Made by a program: the position numbers and the translations under genes
The notes under the pieces: model-generated
Told to the model about the DNA's origin: nothing
The model's database searches: none
What the model saw: only the letters and a program-made list of their open reading frames with translations
Source: Betaproteobacteria bacterium
GTDB taxonomy: Bacteria > Pseudomonadota > Gammaproteobacteria > Burkholderiales > SG8-41
Reading direction: 5' to 3'
Assembly (NCBI GenBank): GCA_016199485.1
Contig: JACQGO010000112.1
Location: forward strand, 1-45,789
DNA length: 45,789 nt
Shown: in pieces, positions 41,135 through 45,789 of the stretch
Numbering within the stretch: position 1 is the first letter of the stretch
Layout: the number at the start of each line of letters is the position of its first letter

Positions 41135-41304
41135 TGGCCCGCCTGGAGCCGTTCCAGGACACGTCGCAGCCGTGCAGGCTCTGCCGCACGGGAAGCGTGC
41201 AGACGATGCTGAAGGCGCTCACAGCCGCCAAGGGGATGCGCCGCCGCGAGCGGATCGTCGTCTGCCCTCTCTGCGACGCCACCGACCAATGGCCGCAGCG
41301 GTGA
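41134..41304 (+). CDS. Small zinc-ribbon protein (56 aa)
   Basis: TGATG overlap. CRLC...CPLC. Confidence 0.4.
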   Translation: MARLEPFQDTSQPCRLCRTGSVQTMLKALTAAKGMRRRERIVVCPLCDATDQWPQR

Positions 41305-41311
41305 GATCCTC

Positions 41312-41515
41312 ATGGCCGAAGACGAGGTCGCCGTCGAGTTCCCGTCGGAGGAGGACAAGGTGACGGGCTGGCGCATGGACGTGCTCGTCCAGGCCGGCTA
41401 CGACCACGACGCCGCCCTGCGCCTGGCTGTCGAACGCACCGTCGACCTGCACCGAGCCTGCGACCTGCTCGCCCGCGCTGGCTCGGTCGAGCTCGCCCTG
41501 CGCATCCTGCTATGA
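41312..41515 (+). CDS. Small acidic hypothetical protein
   Basis: 67-aa ORF. Confidence 0.4.
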   Translation: MAEDEVAVEFPSEEDKVTGWRMDVLVQAGYDHDAALRLAVERTVDLHRACDLLARAGSVELALRILL

Positions 41516-41763
41516 GCAACGAACGCACCCCAGTAGCGTTCCTGCACGACGCCGTCCAGGAAGCAGTCCGCCTCGACTCCCGTGTGGAGGGGAACTACGT
41601 CACCGGCTGGGTGTGCGTAGCCGAGAGCATCGCCCCGACCGGGAAACGGTGGCTGACGCGCATGTCCTCTTCCGACGGGGAAGAGGAGCTGCCGGCCTGG
41701 ACGCGCGCCGGACTCCTCCATGACGCGCTGTTTGCACCCTGGGAAACCGCGGACACCGACTAG
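41512..41763 (+). CDS. Hypothetical protein
   Basis: ATGA overlap. 83 aa. Confidence 0.4.
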   Translation: MSNERTPVAFLHDAVQEAVRLDSRVEGNYVTGWVCVAESIAPTGKRWLTRMSSSDGEEELPAWTRAGLLHDALFAPWETADTD

Positions 41764-41883
41764 CTTGATCCTCAAAATCAGAATCACGCATCGAACGCCT
41801 TGGGTGAGGATTCCAGCGCGCCCGAATAACTCCTACAGGTCGGTTGGGGGCATCGCTCCCGACAGGCTGAAAGGAGGTCGGAA

Positions 41884-42816
41884 ATGCGGATTGTCCGCAT
41901 CGCTGAGCGGGTGCCGCACCAAGGCGTCATCCGTCTCCACCACCTCACTGACCTGCACGCCGGGGCGCCCGACTTCGCCGAAGCCGAGTTCCTGGAACGA
42001 AGGGCGCTGATCGAGGCCGACCCTTGGGCGCGTTGGACGATGGGCGGCGACGGCGGCGACCTGATTCGCCACTCGGACCCCCGCTACGAGCTCACGTCGC
42101 TGCACCCCAGATACCGGCAGGCGACCGACATCCGCTACACCACCCGCGAGCATCTGGTCGAGCTGTTCCAGCCGATCAAGGACAAGTGCTGGGGCTGGGC
42201 GGACGGCAACCACGAACGCCAGCTGGACAAGTTCTACGGCGGCAAGTTCGGCGTCGAGGTCTGCTGCGACCTCGGCCTGGAGTCACGCTACCTGGGCTAC
42301 CGCGGCTTCGCCGCCGTGTCGGTGACGGTCGGCCAACGCGACGCCCACATGGGGTTGCTGATCGACCTCCAGCACGGCTGGCAGGCAGGCCGTCTCAAGG
42401 GGGCGTTCCTCGTCCAGGCCGAGCGCGAGCTGGGCATGACCGACGCCGACGTCGTCCTGCGCGGCCACAACCATCAGCCAGCAGGGCGTGTGTTCGCCAC
42501 GTTGGGGGTCACTCACCCCGGCAGAGGGCCGGGGCGGGTGGTGAAACGGATGCGCACCGTCATCAACGGCGGCAGCTGGCGTGCGGGCTACCGGGACGAT
42601 CTCGCCCCGGTCGACCCGAGCCGCCTGGGCGAAGTGGAAGGCGACCTGTGGAGCGAGACGAAGGGCTACCGGTTGGAGCCGATCGGGGGGCCGGTGCTGA
42701 TCCTCCGTTTCGACCAGGGGTATACGAGCCGGCGGGGCTACCGGCCCTGCGGGGTGGAGCACACGCTGGTCGAGGGAAGGATCGACGCGCAGAACTTAGG
42801 GCTCAAGACGACCTGA
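41884..42816 (+). CDS. Calcineurin-like metallophosphoesterase
   Basis: The motif series LTDLHAG, GGDGGD, DGNHE, GHNH is present. GAAAGGAGG RBS. Confidence 0.8.
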   Translation: MRIVRIAERVPHQGVIRLHHLTDLHAGAPDFAEAEFLERRALIEADPWARWTMGGDGGDLIRHSDPRYELTSLHPRYRQATDIRYTTREHLVELFQPIKDKCWGWADGNHERQLDKFYGGKFGVEVCCDLGLESRYLGYRGFAAVSVTVGQRDAHMGLLIDLQHGWQAGRLKGAFLVQAERELGMTDADVVLRGHNHQPAGRVFATLGVTHPGRGPGRVVKRMRTVINGGSWRAGYRDDLAPVDPSRLGEVEGDLWSETKGYRLEPIGGPVLILRFDQGYTSRRGYRPCGVEHTLVEGRIDAQNLGLKTT

Positions 42817-43001
42817 CGTTCGCCAGCACCGCCGCCCGCTTTTGCGCTCTGTACGAGGAGCAGTTCGCCAACCCGTCGGGGCTGAACCGGCGGGCGGCCG
42901 GGGATGCTCTGGCGCAGATGCTTGTGCTGGGCTGGATACGGCCGCCTAGGCCGTAGCCCAGCTGCTATACACTTGGGGTAGTAGGCTGGCTGCTCTACCG
43001 A

Positions 43002-43037
43002 GGCCCGCCTCTTCTTTCGGGAAGGGGCGGGCCTTTT
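43002..43037 (+). terminator. Strong rho-independent terminator ending the rightward late arm
   Basis: 13-bp stem GGCCCGCCTCTTC / GAAGGGGCGGGCC (one G-U pair), loop TTTCGG, then TTTT. Confidence 0.8.
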
Positions 43038-43116
43038 CGCATGTAGTCGGGGGGCATAGGGCATCACCTCCTTAGTCTGGCGGGAGTTTGGCGGTACGCT
43101 GCAACGGCTGAGATAC

Positions 43117-43489
43117 GTCGCTTCGGCTCGGGCGGGCCTGAACCGACTCGGGTAGTCGCTTCGGGGCGGGCGGGCTAGGCTTGGACGGTCGCTTCGGCCT
43201 GGCCTGGTCGGGATTGTCGCTGTGGCTGGACTCGGCGTGGCCTGGCCTGTCGCTTCGGCTGGGTGCGGCGTGGGGAGGGCAGGCACGTCGCTTCGGCGTG
43301 GGGAGGCTTGGGCCGTCGCTTCGGCGCGGATCGAAGTGGAGTGGAGCGTCGCTTCGGCGGGGCTAGGCTCGGCACGGTCAGTCGCTTCGGAGCGGGCCGG
43401 TTGGGTTGGGCGAGGCTGGTCGCTTCGGCGTGGTACGGCGTGGATTGTCGCTTCGGCTTGGCCCGATGAGGTCCGGCAAGTCGCGTCGG
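43117..43489 (+). repeat. Array of 12 unidirectional copies of GTCGCTTCGG (two degenerate) with start-to-start spacing of only 28, 33 or 38 bp
   Basis: Copies start at 43117, 43155, 43188, 43216, 43249, 43287, 43315, 43348, 43381, 43419, 43447 and 43480. The intervening segments are G-rich and not conserved. Confidence 0.95.
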
Positions 43490-43514
43490 CGAGGCGAGGC
43501 CCGGTTCGGGGTGT

Positions 43515-44192
43515 TTACTCCTCGATTCGCCTCATCTCCTTCAGGCGGAACACGCCCTCTCCTTGCGACCGGTCTGAGCCGAGGCCGAGCCAGCCGCCGA
43601 ACTCCAGCATCTTACGCAGCTCTTCCTCGCCGACGATCCCGTCGCCGACACCGCCGGAGAGCAGCCTGATCTGGAACCTGAGCTGCGCCTGGTTCACGTA
43701 CTCAAACCGCTTGATCGCTGTTCGCGGCCCCTGCCGTGTTACGACCGAGATCGGACGTTCGTCCGTTCCGTCCGGCTCCATCCGGTCGAGCCTCAGCTTC
43801 TGCCCGCCGTCCACAGCCCGAACGTGGAGGTCGTGCTGCACCACCTGGCGTGCGCCCCGCTTCTGCTTCAACAGGCCGCACCGCTGCGCCGCCTCGCGCA
43901 GCATCGCCTTCACCTGTCGCGCCTCGACGTAAAGGCCGTCGGCGTCACGCCGGAAGCCGGTCGTCATCCCGGCAACCTCAGCGTCCTCGGTCAGAACGGG
44001 CATGTCGCCTTCCTCGGCCAGCGTCTCGGCAAGATCAGAGGCGTCCGCTCCCTCGACGCCTTGCCCGCGAGCCCACGACTCGTAGGCGTTCGCCCGCTCC
44101 TCCGGCTCAGCGGTTTCTGCTACGAGCGGGATACCGCCGACCAGGCGATCGTCGAACTCGAGCTCCACGTCATAGATGCTCCAACCAATCAT
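43515..44192 (-). CDS. Hypothetical protein with RAMP-like C-terminal glycine-rich loop (an in-frame upstream extension to 44411 is possible)
   Basis: AAGGAGG lies 7 nt before ATG 44190-44192. 225 aa. The end reads EELRKMLEFGGWLGLGSDRSQGEGVFRL. The internal block GLYVEARQVKAMLREAA is also present. Confidence 0.6.
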   Translation of the reverse strand: MIGWSIYDVELEFDDRLVGGIPLVAETAEPEERANAYESWARGQGVEGADASDLAETLAEEGDMPVLTEDAEVAGMTTGFRRDADGLYVEARQVKAMLREAAQRCGLLKQKRGARQVVQHDLHVRAVDGGQKLRLDRMEPDGTDERPISVVTRQGPRTAIKRFEYVNQAQLRFQIRLLSGGVGDGIVGEEELRKMLEFGGWLGLGSDRSQGEGVFRLKEMRRIEE

Positions 44193-44403
44193 TTCTTCGC
44201 CTCCTTCTATTCGATGGCTTCGCGCAGGATCGACTTCCCGCTCGTTCAGTTTCCGCTGTGCTTCCATCTGCTCAAAACGATCAAGGCGACAACGAGGGTC
44301 AGTCTGCGCGCAGATGGGTCCTGGCCCCGGATAGCCAAGCTGGGGTAGGCCACAATACCCGCATGTCCTCCACCACGGCCAAGCCAGCTTGGGTGCTGTG
44401 CGA

Positions 44404-44606
44404 GGCATCACCGGGGCCTCACACCTGCACCGCTCTACAGCGTCTACAGCATTCTCGGCTGGCGTGGTTGAGCCGATGAGCGGCTTGGCGGGGGTGCGGC
44501 TGGTTCGAGCCCAGTACCGCCCATATCCACCCTGGACCGCATGGTTGAACGAAAAGCCTGCACGCCGTCGGTGCTCTGGGCATCACGGGGGCCTCACGTC
44601 TACAAC
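44404..44606. promoter_or_regulatory. Candidate attP: tRNA 3'-end-like core flanked by 19-bp direct repeats
   Basis: Positions 44499-44523 read GCTGG-TTCGAGC-CCAGT-ACCGCCC-A (T-arm, acceptor 3' strand, discriminator) with no matching 5' half. GGCATCAC(C/G)GGGGCCTCAC occurs at 44404-22 and 44579-97. Confidence 0.45.
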
Positions 44607-44836
44607 TCCTCCCATGACGCTTCCACGGTAGAGAAAACCACGTTACTGCCCTTCGGGAAAACAAGGTTAGGTACTCCTACCGGCGAAGCCTCGGGGATAA
44701 CCTCAACGGTGTAAACACGCTCCGTACATGTGCCCGTTCCAGAAGGTACCTCCGAGATGAGCAAGATGCGGCCAATACGCCAGCCCGGTTCGCTGAACTC
44801 TTGTCCTTCACGTAGTCGAACGATGCGGGCGCTCAT
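44600..44836 (-). CDS. Hypothetical protein (78 aa), low-GC cassette
   Basis: ATGA overlap with the upstream gene. No motif. Confidence 0.45.
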   Translation of the reverse strand: MSARIVRLREGQEFSEPGWRIGRILLISEVPSGTGTCTERVYTVEVIPEASPVGVPNLVFPKGSNVVFSTVEASWEEL

Positions 44837-45108
44837 CCCTTCGTCTCCTTGTGATCCTCTGGCTTAGCCCGAGCACCCCTCGGCAATACAAGTAGTTCTC
44901 GCGCAGCGTCGTATATGTCCCAGATCACCTCAGCGGCATCGTGAAGCAAGTCGTCATGCTTCGAGCACGTGGTCGTCTCAATGCCGACCCGCAGTCCGTC
45001 CAGCTTCACCCAGACGCTATGGGTACTCGCTCCTGTATTCGGTCCTGCGCCGCATCCCGCCATAAAACATCTGCGCCCATGACCTTGGATTGCCCAGCGT
45101 TCATCCAT
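44833..45108 (-). CDS. Hypothetical protein (91 aa), low-GC cassette
   Basis: ATG 45106-45108 overlaps the upstream gene end by 8 nt. No motif. Confidence 0.4.
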   Translation of the reverse strand: MDERWAIQGHGRRCFMAGCGAGPNTGASTHSVWVKLDGLRVGIETTTCSKHDDLLHDAAEVIWDIYDAARELLVLPRGARAKPEDHKETKG

Positions 45109-45283
45109 CGCTGCTGCGCTCCTCCGATGAGGGTTGGCCACTGAGATAACAACTGCGGTTTGAACATCGCACCGAACCCGGAAAACCCGGTGTCGTAATC
45201 AGGTCGCTACCGCACGCGGGACAGGTTATTATCGGCTGCTGCCGAGCATGGTCTCGCCTCAGCTCCACCTGCTCGCCGCTCAT
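45101..45283 (-). CDS. Small zinc-ribbon protein (60 aa)
   Basis: CPACG...CSNRSC. ATGA overlap. Confidence 0.45.
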   Translation of the reverse strand: MSGEQVELRRDHARQQPIITCPACGSDLITTPGFPGSVRCSNRSCYLSGQPSSEERSSDG

Positions 45284-45477
45284 CCCTCCGTCTCCTTGTG
45301 GTGCACGGTTGGTGTCCAGTCAGCCCGGGGCAGATGGACGAATCTTCGGATGCCAAGAGGGCCGATCTCCACCCAGTGAAACGAGGCGAACGGGTACTGT
45401 GGCATCCAGCGACCGAAGCCGACATGCCAATCCCGCGGGTTCCACCACCACACAACTATCCAGCGCTTCCCCTTCAC
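45280..45477 (-). CDS. Trp-rich small protein (65 aa) translationally coupled to int
   Basis: The GTG start overlaps the int stop (GTGA). KRWIVVWWWNPRDWHVGFGRW... Confidence 0.45.
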   Translation of the reverse strand: MKGKRWIVVWWWNPRDWHVGFGRWMPQYPFASFHWVEIGPLGIRRFVHLPRADWTPTVHHKETEG

Positions 45478-45789
45478 CGCAGCACCTCCGCGTACTGACT
45501 CGCCCCGACTTCTTTATCCGGAATCAGGTGTGAGTACACGTCCAGCGGCATCGAGACTTTCGCCCAGCCGCCCCGCTCGGCCAGCTCCCGGCCCGACAAT
45601 CCTTGCCCGTGCCACAGGCTCGCCCGCCGATGGCGCAGGTCATGGGGCGAGTAGACGGGGATGCCGGCGGCGCGGCAGGCGCGCGCCATCGCGTTCCCGA
45701 CCGCCGATTGCGAGGCGCCGGGAAAGACAAGCCGGTTGGGCAGCCGGTCCTCCGGCGGGCAGGTGTCCTCCAGCAAGCGCATCAGCCAC
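45474..45789 (-). CDS. int: Tyrosine integrase, 3' portion (catalytic C-terminus)
   Basis: SPHDLRHRRASL (HxxR box II) and LDVYSH (catalytic Tyr). Positions 45649..45789 duplicate 1..141. Confidence 0.9.
   Translation of the reverse strand, partial: WLMRLLEDTCPPEDRLPNRLVFPGASQSAVGNAMARACRAAGIPVYSPHDLRHRRASLWHGQGLSGRELAERGGWAKVSMPLDVYSHLIPDKEVGASQYAEVLR
45649..45789. repeat. Terminal overlap, identical to 1..141
   Basis: Base-by-base comparison of the two ends shows 141/141 identity. Confidence 0.97.

Larger units (their letters stand above)
1..45789. mobile_element. Circularly closed temperate phage genome (unique length 45,648 bp)
   Basis: Exact 141-nt overlap of the two window ends. The integrase ORF is continuous across that junction. 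Integrase, excisionase, CI/Cro-like switch, packaging, head, tail and lysis modules are all present. Confidence 0.85.

Noticed and set aside
42817-42956. Protein-like reading LTFASTAARFCALYEEQFANPSGLNRRAAGDALAQMLVLGWIRPPRP just after the phosphoesterase stop
   Set aside because: The sequence looks helical and coding, but it has no ATG, GTG or TTG start after the upstream stop, and it is out of frame with the phosphoesterase gene. It is possibly a gene remnant. There is not enough evidence to annotate it.
43117-43489. CRISPR array interpretation of the GTCGCTTCGG repeats
   Set aside because: The repeat core is only 10 bp. The 'spacers' are 18-28 nt of G-rich low-complexity sequence built on a 5-nt register. 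There is no leader and no cas operon. It is reported as an unexplained repeat array instead.
44446-44523. A complete tRNA gene ending at ACCGCCCA
   Set aside because: Only the T-arm and acceptor 3' strand are present. No complementary GGGCGGT 5' acceptor, D-arm or 7-nt anticodon loop can be drawn upstream. It is treated as a tRNA 3' fragment and candidate attP core.

Overview
The first and last 141 nt of this GC-rich 45,789-nt window are identical, and the integrase ORF reads straight through that junction. The window is therefore a circularly closed temperate phage genome with a unique length of 45,648 bp. The lysis and cell-wall enzymes suggest a high-GC Gram-positive-type host, but that is inference only.

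Layout:
1. Minus-strand lysogeny/early arm (about 1-10.3 kb): tyrosine integrase, excisionase-like HTH, HNH endonuclease, a secreted Rpf/transglycosylase-like protein, an Ala/Trp/Asp/Arg-repeat protein, a broken C5-cytosine methyltransferase, a replication-organizer-like protein, a Cas4-like PD-(D/E)xK exonuclease with an annealing-protein-like partner, and many small ORFs chained by GTGA/ATGA start-stop overlaps.
2. A divergent Cro-like/CI-like HTH pair whose predicted promoters share one -10 region (about 10.65 kb).
3. A short rightward block with a truncated DPPY methyltransferase, a leftward 'small protein + HTH' operon with operator-like repeats, and a T5orf172 gene.
4. About 0.9 kb of repeat-rich non-coding DNA directly upstream of the packaging genes.
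5. Plus-strand late arm (14.5-42.8 kb): TerL, portal, scaffold, HK97-type capsid, a glycosyltransferase/acyltransferase cassette, adaptor/nozzle/fibre-type genes interrupted by a second HNH gene and an antisense HExxH protease gene, three large ejection-type proteins, a dual-domain peptidoglycan hydrolase, amidase endolysin plus holin-like genes, and a metallophosphoesterase. No tape-measure or tail-tube set is recognisable, so the layout looks podovirus-like.
6. An accessory corner next to int (42.8-45.5 kb): a strong terminator, a 12-copy unidirectional GTCGCTTCGG array with spacing restricted to 28/33/38 bp, a protein with a RAMP-like C-terminal glycine-rich loop, a candidate attP with a tRNA 3'-end-like core, and four low-GC small genes.

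No rRNA gene, complete tRNA gene or bona fide CRISPR array was seen. The most unusual, unexplained structure is the repeat array together with its neighbouring gene.

All family assignments come from motifs read by eye. None is confirmed by a database search.
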